Part shown: piece after piece, positions 12,201 through 51,784 of the stretch | How the letters are laid out: each line of letters starts with the position of its first letter | How positions within the stretch are numbered: position 1 is the stretch's first letter | NCBI RefSeq assembly: GCF_037042905.1 | Contig: NC_087249.1 | Location: 9,922,001 to 9,986,000, forward strand | Direction: 5' to 3' | From: Lytechinus pictus | Lineage: Eukaryota | Length of the DNA stretch: 64,000 nucleotides | Translations under genes and position numbers: made by a program | Notes under the pieces: generated by a model | Told to the model about the DNA's origin: nothing | Seen by the model: the letters and a program-made list of their open reading frames with translations, nothing else | Database searches by the model: none

Positions 12201-15200
12201 AAATTAACATCAAATGTTTTAAAACCAGAATTCATAATATACCTCTGTTTGTGAAATGGTATATGAAGGTGCAATGAAATGTTAATGGAATGCGCTACAA
12301 TATGAAAGTTTTTTAATTATTATTTATTATGTATGTTAATGCAGATTAGCTATGGCAAGATATTCGCTGTGTGTTAGATATAGAGCTCATGGTCTAGTAG
12401 AGAATCATGATAAAGTTCGCGGACAAGCCTCAGCATTTACTGTCTAGGTACAAGAGATAGCTCTCCTGACAGGTTCACGATGGTGTTCAGAACTTCTTCT
12501 CTTTAATGTTTTCGGCAAGCAGTCAAAGGTAACATGGCCGTTTAGCATGTTCATTTTTGTCTACAGATTTTGACAATGATACAGTAGCTCTAATAGCTCA
12601 GTCGGTAGAGCGGGGGTTTCGATTCCCAAGTGGTGCGCTAGTGCCCTTTGGTAAGGCATTTATCCTCATTACCAGGTCCCTCGGAGAGGACGTTAAGCCG
12701 TTGGTCCCCTGGTTGCTTGCTCACAGGCATTCGTGCTTTCTTAGCAGTCAGGTAAAACAACCTCGGTATGACTAATATTCTGAAAGTAAGCGTAATAATC
12801 ATCGTGGTTACTCAGGCCTATTGTTATAGGAAGCATGTGACCTTCCTACTCGATTTCCTAATTTTTCTCTTGTTTCTGATGACTTCCTTTGTTTTGCCAT
12901 CATCCATGAATCATGTCAATCATGGCCCTGTTTCGATTCTCGCCAAGATTGTTTTTACAGGCACGGTTGGAAACAACTACCGAGGTGATATTGCTTTAGA
13001 TGATATTAAGTTCTTCCCCGGATCGTGCGGAGGCTTTCCTGCTACTTCATTTTGTAATTATGAATATGGATACGAGCACTGTGGCTATACGCAGAGCACC
13101 GATGACCAACTGGACTGGATCTGGTATGATGCCTTGGCTGGAGAAACCCCTCCGGTTGATTGGCCAGGTAAGATTTTGAAACCTATGATGAGTAAAAAAA
13201 AAACTAACGTTCCATTCCTAATCAAGAGAAATGGTTCCAAACTCGAGCTTAAGTAGGCAATTTGCGTTCAACTTGCCACATCACATTAGTCTTCATAGCA
13301 ATCCATGCAACGAAATGGAAACTTGTGTCTATGTTATGTTTTTTGTTTGTGGGTGTGTACATGTGTGCTCAGTGGCGTAACAGGCGGGGGGGCAGGGGGG
13401 GCAAGCTGCCCCCCCCCCTGGCAGAGCTCACCGGGAAAATAAAAAAAAAAGGAAAAAAGAAAAAAAGGGGGAAAAAGGGAAAGGGAAAGGAAAGTAAAAA
13501 AAAGGGAAAAGGGGAAAGGGAAAAGAAAACTAAGAAAAAACATAAAAAAGGGAAAACGAAAGAAAGAAGAACAAGTGAGAAAGAACAATTCTCCCCGATA
13601 TAAAAATACATTAGCATGATTAGTAAGACAGGGAAATAAATTAAAGATGACAAAGACGCAAACAAAAGCGGGAAATAAAGGCAGAATGGAATTAGCCAAA
13701 ATCTAAAAATTGGGAAATAAAGAATAGGGACAAGATAACGAACACTACCGGGCTGCCGAGGATTGAGATAACGAGCGGGAAGAAAAATGGATGGTATATA
13801 GCATAATGTCATATGAAAGTCTATCATAAACTTGCTAAATCTCCAAAGGCTCTGTCCAAGAGTCAAGACCCCGTGCATTGGGGGCTCTTCATCTGTAACC
13901 TTTAATGGGTTCTATAACGGGCCTCTATATGGACCCTTCCTGCATTAAGCTTTACGTTGAAGTACTGGCGTACCGGGGGGTGGTTCCACAGCCAAGGGGA
14001 AATAAAAGAAAATAAAGGAGGCAGCGAAATGAGATGAATGAAAAAAAATATATGACAAGATATTTGCTATATAATGATGTAAAAAGCTATCACATAATAA
14101 GAATTTCATTTTAACAGGCCATTTTTTTTCTGGCTCGCTTCGCTCGCCGGCGACTTTTTACAAATTTTCCCACATTTGCTATGATGTGCCCCTCACAATA
14201 TTTGGATGATTACGATACACAACTGCATTGAATTTATGTGTTGTGTGAAAGCTATATAAATATATACGCAATTTGATTAAATTAAGTGGCCATCTGTAAG
14301 GTTTAAAATGGCTTTGATATCAAGAGGTTCCGGGGCTCTGCCTTGGACCCCACCCATAAAGCACTGTTATATGATTAGTTTGGACCATGGCCCCTAAAAG
14401 TTCTACAACCAATAAAAAAAAATGAGGAAAGAAAGGAAAGTGTATTATATTTTCTGAATATCACGTTAAAATCTATCTTCATGTTAGATTCTCATGAAAA
14501 GGTGATTTTTTTTATCTCGCTCGCTTCGCTCGCTCGGGACCTATATTAAGCTACTTCTTGCCACAAGCGCCATACTCGGCCCCCTCGAGCATATAGAGCT
14601 TCGCCCTGATGCTCACAATCATAACAAAAATCCTGTTCACCGTGGCGTACAAAAAAGAGAGAAAAAAGGAAAGGGAGGAGGGTGAAATATGATATCATCT
14701 TTTAACATTATGTCAAAATCTATCACAAAATTGGTTTTTTGCAATAAAATGTCAAAATTTTGTGCTCGCTCGCCTATATATTTGCCCGATACGCCATATC
14801 GCCCCCTCAAATTTTTTGCCTTATGACGCCATATTGCCTGTTCCATGATATGACCAGGAAATTTTTGGCTCTTGCCCCCCCCCCCCCCCTGGCCACCGAC
14901 CCCTGTTACGCCGCTGTGTGTGCTGTATATATGTTACGGTGCGAGGGTGTGCGCATACGTTCGTGCGTATGAATGGGTGTGGGTCACTGAACTAGAATAC
15001 GTATTTCTAGTTCAGTGGTGTGGGTACGTATGTTTAAAAGGGTGTTCGAATGTGTGTATATGCGTGAGAGGGAAAGTGTGTGCGTGTGTGTGGATGTGTG
15101 GCGCCGTGGTCGAGTGGTCTAGCTCTTGAATAGAGACATGAAGGTCGGAAGTCCTGCAATACTACCCATGAGCAAGGTATTTGATCTCACATCGCTTTTT

Positions 15201-18200
15201 TTCTTTTGAATCAAATACTATTGGCAATAAAAGTCAACTTGCACGTGATAAAATAAGTGAACGCGTCGTGGTCGAGTGGTCTAGGGTGCTTGACTGGAGG
15301 CATAAAAAACGGGGTTCGATCCCCTGTGCTATTGCTTTGTCGTTGAACAGTTACCATAATCTGCGATTGGTTGTCAAACCATAGAGTTAATCCTTATTTT
15401 ATAAACCTTCAGAGGGTGATAAAAGAATGGGGAACAATATCTGTCATCGGGTAGGCTATTGGGTCATGTGAAGATTTGAGGGTGTGTGTGTCATTATGTG
15501 TGAGGGTGTGTGGGGGTGTCAACGTGTGTGTATTTAATTGTTTGATACATTGTACCGGTGTGTTGGCTCAGTTGGTAGAGCGTCCGTCTCACAACCGGGA
15601 GGTCGGGGGTTCAAACCCCGGCCGCGTCAGACCAAAAGACGTTAAAAGATGGGAGTTGCTGCTACCCTGTTTGGCGTTCAACGATTAAAGGGATAGAGCC
15701 TCGTCGATCTGGCGCTGCACAGCGGCTGCCGGGCCCACGATCAATTGGGCAAAGCAAATTTTCGGAGTATTTCATGTCTATTTCGAACAATAAAATATGG
15801 ATTAAATGAGGAGTAAGCTGAAGTTACTAAATGAATATTTGGCATACTCGTTGGATACTTGATAACGCCAGCAGAATAACTCAATGAGATGTTGTCTATC
15901 ATGCTGAACAAGCTCGCTACCTTGGGGATAGGAAGGGGGCGGTGGTTAGATCTATCGCTACGTGTGCAATATCCAATTTTTTTATGTCATGAAAAACTCA
16001 AGCATATTCCTGGAGCATTTGCTTCTGATTTGTGGAGTGGTTTTTTTTAGTGTATGAAGACGAAACGTTCTAACATTAAGTGTGGTTACAACCGTCACAT
16101 GTTGTATCGGCATATAGTACACCAAAACAAAGAGCTTCGGTTTTGCTCCAGTGAAAGTTTATTTATGTGACAACAGGTTTTTTAGTTTTTTTTAGCTCAT
16201 CCGGCCCAAAGTGCCGGATGACATTGTGGCTTGGCGTCTGTCGTCTGTCGTCCGTCCACAATTTTAAAATGCTTCTTCTTCGTCATTTCAAGTCCGATTT
16301 CAATTCTGTTTGCTTTATATGACAGCACTAGGTGAAGGATTCAAAATTCTACACAGAATTTTGAAACTCATTAAATATGCTAATTTGTGCGCATTTATCG
16401 AAATTCACAAAAAATGTTTCCCCTCCTTTATTTGTTGATCGATATTGAAAATTTTTGATTCCATCTGGTAGAGCTTTATGAGCTAGGTTCACCAAACTTT
16501 TACACACAATTGTGAAATTTTGAGTAGAAAATGTTTATGCTAATTCATGCAAAACTACTTTATGCGTATTTTCCAAAATTCACATAAAATGCTTCTTTTT
16601 CTTTGTTTGTTGACCGATTTTTATTTTTTTTCTTCGATCTGGTAGAGCTTCATGAGGTACACAAAATTTCTATACTGAATTTTGAAATTTTGTGTTGAAA
16701 ATTATTTATGCTAATTTATGCGAAATTTATTTATAAATCACAGAAAATGCCTCTTATTCTTTATTTGTTGACCGATTATGATTTTTTTTCTTCCATCTGG
16801 TAGAGCTGCATGAGGTTCACCAAATTTCACGAAATTTATTCGTAAATCACAAAAATTGCTTCTCATTTCTTCACCAATTTCAATTATCTTTCTTCAATTT
16901 ATGTCACCCATATAATTCACTACAGCGTCAACTGGGCTGAAATTAAAAATTTTGTTAGATTTTGTTGCGAGATGCCGGAAGAGCTCCACATCATTGATGT
17001 GCTAGTTTGTTTTTAGACATGCAAACCTGGGCTTCGTCTAACAAGAGTCACGGTTGATCCAATCAACCTCAATAATATGGAAATCCATCAGTGCCATAAT
17101 TTTTTTTTCTACAGGAAATTTGTACAAGATCCTTTGTAAGCAAAGAGAAGCACACTGAATTTTCAAGAAAAAAGATATTATGAATATACATTATATCTAG
17201 AATAATATATTTCGAACAAAAATATAAATATTCATTTTAGATGTTGACGTTGCTGGCTTTCCATAGTTGTGGTTGGACAGGTCAATTGTAACTCTTTATG
17301 AGCAATCTCTTGATGGCATTACCTTCCATGTCACCTGACCTAATAAATATCTGTATTGCTTGGTTATTGTTTTTTTTACAGGATATGGGTCATTCGTCTA
17401 CGTCGATGGCTTCAATAAGACAGCGGGATCCAAGGCTGTACTACAGTCAGAGACCATGTCACCAACGAATAATGACCACTGCTTTTCTTTTTTTTATAAA
17501 CTGGAAAAAGGCATGAGTATAAGTTTTATCAGGGTTTCACAAGATGGATCCCGCCAGCAACTCTTGTCGTACAATCAGCCAGCAGAGATGACGTATGTCG
17601 AGTATAACATACCCATAGCCGAGCATCCCAACATATATAAGGTAAGGGAGGGGACGTGTTAGCTAGATTTTGCAATTGCAACGGGTATAGATTATGCAAC
17701 ATAGTAAATCTATTGAAAACGCCCGTCCAAAATTGACAGGTGAGAGGTCTTTGTCGAAAATTGGTGAACCAGGATAGCTGATTTTCGTAAAATTCTGAGC
17801 CGACGAAAAAATGCGAATATGTCGTTTGTCCAGAGTCACGGACGATACCGCTGTTTTGATGCACCGATATTCGACAAAGACTGCTTCTTCATGAGGATAA
17901 ACGGTTCTCTGCGTTCCGGAAAGCGTCTGAGTAGTAGTTACAAAATTCTATATTATCAAGAAAAATGAAGGCATGTTTCTAACAGACGACCACACTCACG
18001 CACCACCGAACACAACACAACCCCACGCAAAAACTGGGGTGTTAAAACTGACACCAGTTGGCGTTTCTACAAGACCACACCCTGAGGTGTTAAAATTACA
18101 CCCTAGAGATTGAACGTAACACAAAGGAGTATTAAAGTAACAACAAAGGTGCTGTATTATGTTGGGTGTTGAACAAACACTGTAAATATAACACCGAAAA

Positions 18201-19145
18201 AAAATGACCGATGTGTTCCTATCTATGTACACTGATTAACACCACAGTTTTGCTGTGTAGGAGTGTGTAGGTGCATATTCTGTTGGAAAACATAACAAGT
18301 CACAGGTAGTTGAGTTTGCTTACGATGTCACCTGGCTTTTGAATATTTCATTTATGTAGGTTTACTTTGAAGCTACCGTAGAAGACAACATGACTGCGGG
18401 GCTAGCTGTCCTTGATAACACCTTCTTTGTTTTCGGTGTTTGTGAGTCTGGTAAGTGTTTGATTATTCTAAATATTTTCATTAATGATCATTCTGGTGAT
18501 TCTTTATCTTTCTAATTTTCTTTCCCATAGCTATTATTCACAATTAAGAGGATTCGAATGATTTACACGTCCAGTCCACTTTTTTTTCTGTAGCTTTTAA
18601 AACATTCTTATTCATTTTTCTTTCGATTATACAAATTCTGAAACTATTCATTATGAACACGAAGATGATGAACACCATATGTAAAATGTCATTTATCTGA
18701 TTTGGAAATAAATGTATTAATGAAAACAGTGGCGGACCGTGACCTGGAGGAAACAAAGCATTGGAGGGGCACTGTATTGTTTGTGAACAATGCTGTGCCC
18801 CTCCAATGCTTTGTCTCCTCCGGGTCACGGTCCGCTACTGAATGAAAACATAATTAGATTTTTCCCCCTCAAATTATCATAAAACTTACAGGTCAGCCAA
18901 TATCAGATACAACTACCACAGTAGCCATCATTCTTGGCATCCTGCTCGGTGTGGCAGTAATCGTTCTAGTAGCCATGGGCGTCCTCCACTACCGCAAGAC
19001 AGCACAGAAGTCGGATTCTTACCCAGCAGCAATGTCGTACAAAAATGGCGGGACCAACCCCACTCCAGTAAATCCAGTAGATTTGACTAAAGATCCCGGT
19101 ATTGATAATCCTAATTACACGACAGCTCCCTTTTCATCTGCGTAG
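3267..19145 (+). CDS. MAM-domain repeat type I membrane protein, paralogue A (5' end lies upstream of the window): end of MAM2, MAM3-6, TM, cytoplasmic tail with NPNY
   Basis: GT-AG exons joined in phase: 3267-3360, 4018-4185, 4505-4764, 6808-6898, 7495-7689, 8975-9243, 10267-10354, 11002-11184, 11760-12022, 12948-13167, 17382-17641, 18360-18450, 18892-19145 (2436 nt = 812 codons, no internal stop seen). MAM hallmarks: CDFE..C..W, GP..DHT, GHYLY, CL.F.YHM.G, FEG..G..GDIAIDD..C. TM segment VAIILGILLGVAVIVLVAMGVL, then a tail ending GIDNPNYTTAPFSSA*. Exon sizes match paralogue B. Confidence 0.9.
3565..3990. repeat. Interspersed quasi-palindromic repeat family (TTCGTCTA / TAGACGAA motifs); further copies at ~52505-52870 and ~55205-55565
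   Basis: Shared blocks such as CAATAGCCATTTAGTCCATATACCA and TTAGACCAACTGGTTAT in all three copies. Confidence 0.75.
5054..5950 (+). mobile_element. AcademH-like non-autonomous DNA transposon
   Basis: TIR TAGCCTCTTGTCGAGGCCCTG ... CAGGGCCTCGGCAAGAGGCTA; exact 9-bp TSD ATCTTACGA (5045-5053, 5951-5959); second internal inverted pair at ~5128-5156 / 5844-5871; carries a RecQ-like helicase fragment. Confidence 0.82.
5292..5558 (+). pseudogene. Truncated RecQ-like SF2 helicase N-terminal fragment carried by the AcademH-like element
   Basis: FKDLQ (Q-motif), GRDIFVNLPTGYGK (motif I / Walker A, followed by N rather than S), IFHAIP; similarity lost after ~75 aa. Confidence 0.78.
8131..8340 (-). mobile_element. 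tRNA-derived SINE
   Basis: Minus strand: A box TAGCTCAGTCGG, B box GGTTCGATTCCC, body GTGCCCTTTGGTAAGGCATT..GGAGAGGACCTTAAGCCG; 8-bp TSD CTGTATTG (8123-8130, 8341-8348). Confidence 0.85.
9575..9850 (-). mobile_element. CR1/L2-type LINE 3' remnant
   Basis: Minus frame PFFPETITHWDNL resembles the ORF2 C-terminal SFFPRT..WN.L motif; short (TACAAGG) tandem tail at ~9570-9586. Confidence 0.5.
12583..12762 (+). mobile_element. tRNA-derived SINE, same family as 8131-8340, with a deletion in the head
   Basis: TAGCTCAGTCGGTAGAGCG..GTTTCGATTCCC..GGTGCGCTAGTGCCCTTTGGTAAGGCATT..GCTTTCTTAGCAGTCAGGTAAAA aligns with the first copy. Confidence 0.82.
13370..14916. mobile_element. hAT-like non-autonomous transposon (1.55 kb)
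   Basis: TIR CAGTGGCGTAACAGG ... CCTGTTACGCCGCTG; 8-bp TSD TGTGTGCT (13362-13369, 14917-14924); G/C runs near the ends, a purine-rich tract and internal CTCGCTTCGCTCGC motifs. Confidence 0.85.
15555..15805 (+). mobile_element. tRNA(Val-CAC-like)-headed SINE
   Basis: A box TGGCTCAGTTGG, loop CTCACAA, B box GGTTCAAACCC, no proper acceptor stem, then a ~180-bp body ending AATAAAATATGGATT. Confidence 0.75.
16186..17010 (+). mobile_element. Helentron-associated non-autonomous element (HINE / DINE-1 / Pearl type) with internal tandem repeats
   Basis: T-run, then AGCTCATCCGGC..GCCGGATGA hairpin, (CGTCTGT/CGTC) microsatellite, ~160-180-bp repeats (ATCTGGTAGAGCT at ~16463, 16637, 16795), 3' subTIR GCCGGAAGAGCT, terminal hairpin CACATCATTGATGTG, then CTAGTT. 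Confidence 0.75.
17028..17310. mobile_element. MITE; a better-preserved copy lies at 63627-63897
   Basis: Shares AAGAGT(C/T)ACG..TTGATCC..GGAAATCCATCAGTG..GCAAAGAGAAGC..GTTGCTG..CCATAGTTG with 63627-63897. Confidence 0.7.
18727..18840. mobile_element. 114-bp palindromic hAT-like MITE
   Basis: CAGTGGCGGACCGTGACC...GGTCACGGTCCGCTACTG, near-perfect fold-back over its whole length; 8-bp TSD AATGAAAA (18719-18726, 18841-18848). Confidence 0.88.
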
Positions 19146-19803
19146 ATCACAGCATTATTCCAAGTGTCGGTATGCTAAGAATCTTTTAATACTGGTTGTG
19201 GTTAAAGTGGCCGGTATGAACGGGAAGAGGAGTTCAGAGCAGTGTCTGTTTAGCTTTTATAATTAGCGTATTTTCGTAAGCACTATACGCAGACGCTTTC
19301 TACAACGCACCAATTCCTTTGAAAATCACAATGGAGAGGTGAGAGGTTTTTGTCTAAAGTTGGTTGACCGGGACAGCAGATCATCTAAAGATTCGGACCG
19401 GACGAAAAATTGCAAATATGTCGTTTGTCCAGAGTCCAGGACGACACTGCTGTTACAATTTTTCGACAAAGACTGCTCTGGTATGAAGGGCTTTTGACAA
19501 TAGATTCTCTACGTTACAGAAAGCGTCTGCGTAGTAATTGCGAAAATGCACTATTAAGGTTTTATAGCTACCGAGTCATGTTTATAGCAACTGCAACATG
19601 TTCGAAGTATGTATATAGAATGCTGGTGAGAAAAATAATTTACATGAGCCCTGGTTTTGCCCGTGTTCCCTTTTTGTAGAACCTTTAATATGATGGTCTC
19701 GAAGGGATTATGCATTTTCTCGAGATGGGCAAAATGGTCCTTGTAAAATCTGTAATATTGTTTTGAAGGCTTTCCTATATTTCTTTTTCTTTTTGGTATT
19801 CTG

Positions 19804-19868
19804 AATAAACTTTCAAACTGTAGAGTAGCATGATATTCATATCTAAGATTGTATAGTAACTGAATAAA
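19804..19868 (+). promoter_or_regulatory. Candidate polyadenylation signals of MAM paralogue A
   Basis: AATAAA at 19804-19809 and 19863-19868, ~660-720 nt after the stop codon. Confidence 0.4.
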
Positions 19869-22800
19869 TTTGTCATTTTGATTTTATTTCAAAGGGACTT
19901 ATTCTTGATTCGTGAAAACAGCAATTTTAAGTCTAGTAGGATACTTCCATATGGATTCATGACAATAACAACAAATGTGTCGATATGAAACGTATCTTGA
20001 TAGTTGTTTATCGGTGAGAGCTACATTCATAAAGTATAGTTCTATTCTATTCAAAATTTTCAAACAAATTTCATTATTGTAGGGAGAAAGTGAGAATGCA
20101 AATGGGTGAGGTTTAAAAAAAATATACAATGAAATGAACTCAACAGGCGTACTATTTATCAAGTTGTTAGGCTCCAATAGTAGTTGGACAATTAAAGTTT
20201 GTGTTTTGGAGTTGTTGCTCGCTTTTCAACTATTTAGAGCTTTCACTGATACACTCCTTTAAAAGGCAAGATTCATCTGACGTCAAGTTGCATGGGTAAT
20301 ATAAACAAGTGGAAGAACATTCTGATAAAGTTCTGATGGGCATTTGAAAAGTAATACAGATTTAATTGTTTTGTTTGATTTTTTTAATTTTGTGATGTCA
20401 CTTGCCAGCAGCTTTCCCCATATGTCATGCGATATAACTTCCCATTTTTTAATGGATCATTTTAACTGAAAATATATTTGACCTACGGAATAATTTTTCT
20501 GATGATATATTTAGTGCATAGATAAAATTTCTATGGAAATTTGCCTATAAGGAATGTCGTAGCTGCTCGCATGTGACGTCATAAAACTAAGAAACTGTAT
20601 TAAATTTATATTATATATTTTGATGTAGGGGCAGATCCAGGATTTTCCAAAACAGAAGCCATTTTGCAAAAAATGTTTTGACAAGTCCCCTCCCTCCCCC
20701 CAAAAAGAGTATGTATTCAGTAGTTCAATGCAAAAGTCCAAGCTCATCACTTTAACCCAGAGATTTGCTTACATGAACCTAAAATATTAGGGGATTTTTT
20801 ATGTATATAAATTTAGGACCATTTTATATCACACTTGATACGATACCTCATATCTAGTGCTCACCATAAGAAAATTGTAAATGTAGCAACTCTTACTAAT
20901 ATTTCTTAATTCAATTACATAGGAATTCATTCTTCAAGAAATTAAGTTGAATTAACAGTAGATTTGAAAGTGCAATAATTTGAATATAATAATGATTTTG
21001 ATGATATTGATATCATTTTGGCAAGACTAATAATATTCATGATATTATGTATAAGTTATGAATTTTAATGGGTGTTTTTTTTTCTTTCTTTGAGACCTAT
21101 AGGAAAGTTTATAAACCTAACGTTCTGCAGTGGGTGACAATAAACTCTGAACCAAATCTAAATAAATGTTTGCAAAAAGAACGTTTATTCTAAAATATAT
21201 GAAATTGAAAACTGGTCTATTGATTTTCCTAATCTAAAGAGTTTTTTCCTCTAATCTAACAGTGACATATTCACTTAGTTTGATTATTGTGAATTTAAAT
21301 CATGGTTTCCCAATTCTGTAGCCAAATGAACTCGCGAAAAAAAAATCTGAAAGTGCATGACAGTGAAAATCCAAATGTGGGTCAAAATGTCAATTTATAT
21401 CAATGTATTTTGAGAACATGAACTTGATTTACTTCTGCAGATACTTATATCATGTCACATCATGTATGAACATTATCTACACATTCTATCCTTTTCATTT
21501 ATATATATTATTCAGTTGAACAAACTAATCGATCCACAGGTCATCAATCCATATTTTTTAAAATATCGTATAATCATGTTATTTTGTGTTAATATAATTT
21601 ATCTATTTCGGTAATTTTCTCATAACATCAAGTAACATTCGCATTCATGAAATACCGAGATACAAATAGTTTTACTTCCATATACGAAATACCATTCACG
21701 TATTCAGTACATGTTATATTGTGTATGTGTAATACAAAATCTGAAATGAGATCACTAAACTATTCAAATTTAAAGATTTACTTTGCAAACGTACCACTAG
21801 AGTACAGTCACTTTTCATGAACACATTTGATTGATGAATATATACAAGAGCTGATTAGGAACTTAAGGTTATGAAAATTTAATATTGCCAGTTTGCGTGA
21901 TAAGGCTGGACATACTCTTCAAAGTGATAAAAGGTTATGCAAGCCAGAAAAGTTCTTGCTTACCATGCCAACTTGCAACGCTAAATACGATTGTGGTTAT
22001 ACTGGAAACATTCAGTACCAATTGAAATCTGTCAATTATTAAGCTTCAAACGGTTTCAATTATCATAGATTCGATTTATTTATTTCCGTTCAACAAAAAA
22101 CAAACAAAATATAATTGAAGTAATAGTACATATTCAAAACAATATAGACAGTTCAATGACATTTCATAACAAATGTAGAGATGAATTAAGTGAACTTGCC
22201 AAGAAAAGCAATGCTTGTATAAAAGGCAAGCCCCTAAACGTAGTTTCAATACTAATTAACAAAGCTATATACAATAATTGAGACGGAGACGAGCTAAAAA
22301 AATCACAATAAAGAGAATAAGCGACTACAAAAATAAACTTGTTCTCATCATAGAGATGAGAAGTCTATCACAATTTTTAAAGATAACAAATGAAAGAAAC
22401 CAGGCCTAAGACTACATTATAATTATATCTAAATTTACAATACCTTTGTTGTAGGGGCGTAACGGTGGAAGGGGTAGGGAGTACCCTTTGAAATTTAAAA
22501 ATATTTTTTCTTCATGCGAACACAAAGCTCAAATAATAGAGAGCAAATATCGAAGGAAAAAAATCCCTCTAATGTGCAATGAAGTTATGAATAATTACAC
22601 ACCTTGAGCATTTACCCGTCTCTCCATTAACCCAGGGATATATACTCAAATTTCTATATCATATGATTAGTGAAAGGTCTGGTTTTGATAATGATTTATA
22701 GGCCTTTTCAGATAAGGAAATGAAACCGACATTTGATAGGGCCTACTATCCCCAAATTTATTTCTCTCAGCTCCCATTTTTCATGCTTCCTCTACTAGGT

Positions 22801-23124
22801 TCTATTATTAAGTTATCATATTATTTGTTTCGGGGTACATAAACACAAGCATTTCCCTCTTTCAAATTTAAATAAGGATGGTATAATTGCTCTGGCAGTA
22901 TATGATAATAAAGTGGCCTTAAGATATAGTCGATTATTTTGTATTAAATGATTAAATAACATAGATGACAGGTATGGAGAGGGGCATAGTCATATTCAAA
23001 AGTTGTGTTTAACAAAATTAAGCCTGAGTGAGGCTCTTAACGGAAGGCGATTTTTAAGCAGGGGAAGTCTCCACTAAAATAAAAAGTGTGCTAACCAGGT
23101 GAGAGGACATAGACTAAGAACCAA

Positions 23125-23129
23125 ATATA

Positions 23130-23200
<71 letters not shown>
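23125..23200. repeat. (TA)n microsatellite in the 3' region of paralogue B
   Basis: Direct reading. Confidence 0.95.
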
Positions 23201-23202
<2 letters not shown>

Positions 23203-23260
23203 TAGAAATAAAACAAATAATGGCATGCAGTGGTTGTGCCGGCCACTACCGCTTCGTCAT

Positions 23261-49990
<26,730 letters not shown>

Positions 49991-51218
49991 GATGGAAGAT
50001 AAATCAAAACACGTTCCGAATGAAATGAATCATCTGATTGTAATCGAGTTAGATTGAGTATGTAAGGCGTCTTTTTAATATCAATAAATGAATAAAGATA
50101 ACAAAAGGACCAATAAAAGTACGTGTTTTAAATGCGAGAGAAAGGGAGAGATATAGAGAGAGGCAGAGAAGACAGAAAAAGGGGAAGAGACTGAGAGAGG
50201 GAGAGAAAGAGAGAATGGGGGGGGGGAGAGAAGGGGGGGGGGGTAATGACATGGCAAATCAAAATTGTATAGCTGAAATATTGAGATTTATTGATGCTGT
50301 GTGATATTTTGTTTACATTATTTATGACCTTTACCACAAGATCAATAAGATGATCTCCCAAGTTTAATCAAGGAGTTTTAAGAGATAGAGAACCATCCAA
50401 CACATTCATTTACAGCCACTTTAATGCCGCAAGGATAAAATATGTTCTTCATTGGATTTGTCTTGCAGATTGTACACAAAAGATTCGGACCTAACTACAG
50501 ACTTACGGGCCAGATACAATAGGAAATAGGTTTTTAATACTTTTCGCTGCAACTGGTGGGATATTATGAACAAACACATTGCTAACTTTTAAGGGGGAAA
50601 GTAAAAATAAATGTCATATTTATTTACTATGATTTGAAATTACATTACTGGCTGCATGTTACCGCAACTGTGACACATATCACAAATAGATAGGATTACA
50701 TTCCCTGAAACAAGTCTTTTGTACTGTGGAAGTGCGTGGGAATTTGTAAAATGTCGATTTAAAGATTATCAAATTCTCGGGGTTTCTCTTTTTGAAATTT
50801 GTATACAATCCTTCGCCCAATTTCAGAAAATAAGGCTTTGAGATTTATTTCGTCATGTGATTAATATCCACATTTTGGGATCAAATAGAATGGGAAATAT
50901 TCCCAATTATCGATATTCAAAACAAATCAGTTCAATTTCCCATGAAACTGGCGGCATTAAAGGTCACCAAAGGTTTGTGTCACTCCGTCTCTTAAAACTC
51001 CTTGGTTTAATTTACATTTCAGAACGAATTTATGGTATCAAAGTTCTTCCTAACAGTTTATTTCTACGAGATTCGTTTCACTGCTGTAATATCTCGAATC
51101 TTACCTAGGGGCAAACCCATGTTTCGATAAGGGGAGCGACGAGACTCGAGATGACGTCATATTTTTTCTGAATTTTTAATCTATTTTAAAGAGAATTTGT
51201 GGAGATGGGTTTGTTGAA

Positions 51219-51784
51219 GGGATACTCCAGGCTGAAAATAAAATGAATTTGAACGGGTAAGTAAAATCAGAGTAAACAAAACACTGAAAATGTCTTCAAA
51301 ATTGGAAAGGAAATAACAAAATTATGATACTTTATAGCATTGCATTATTTCGGTAAAACAGTTCAATGCATGTCCTCATAAGTATGTAATGAGCAAGCCG
51401 ATGATGTCATATCCTTATTCTTTTCTATTTCATTATATGAAATTGTATTTATTTTTTCCACCAAGAATTAAAATTGGATTGACAACCTATTTAATGCATT
51501 ATAATATATTCTTTGCTGTAACTAATTTTTGCTACAAGGGAGACATATCATACACACATGAAAATATAAAATCATGATTTCATGTAATATTATGGGATGA
51601 AAATGTGGACTTCGACCTCATCAGCCCACCTAATGAATGTTCACTACTGCGTGGATATAAGGGTTTCCAAAAAAATTGCCAAACTTTTGAATTCAATAAC
51701 TTCGTTGATAGATTTTGATGAAATTTGTAGTGTTTTGCTCGTTTGCTCTATTCGATTTTATTATTTTCAGCCAGGAGTACCCCT
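51219..51784. mobile_element. Kolobok-like non-autonomous element
   Basis: TIR GGGATACTCCAGGCTGAAAATAA ... TTATTTTCAGCCAGGAGTACCCC; TGAA / TTAA flanks. Confidence 0.65.

Noticed and set aside
13262..13878. Lys-rich and Phe-rich ORFs
   Set aside because: Purine-rich tract inside a hAT-like element.
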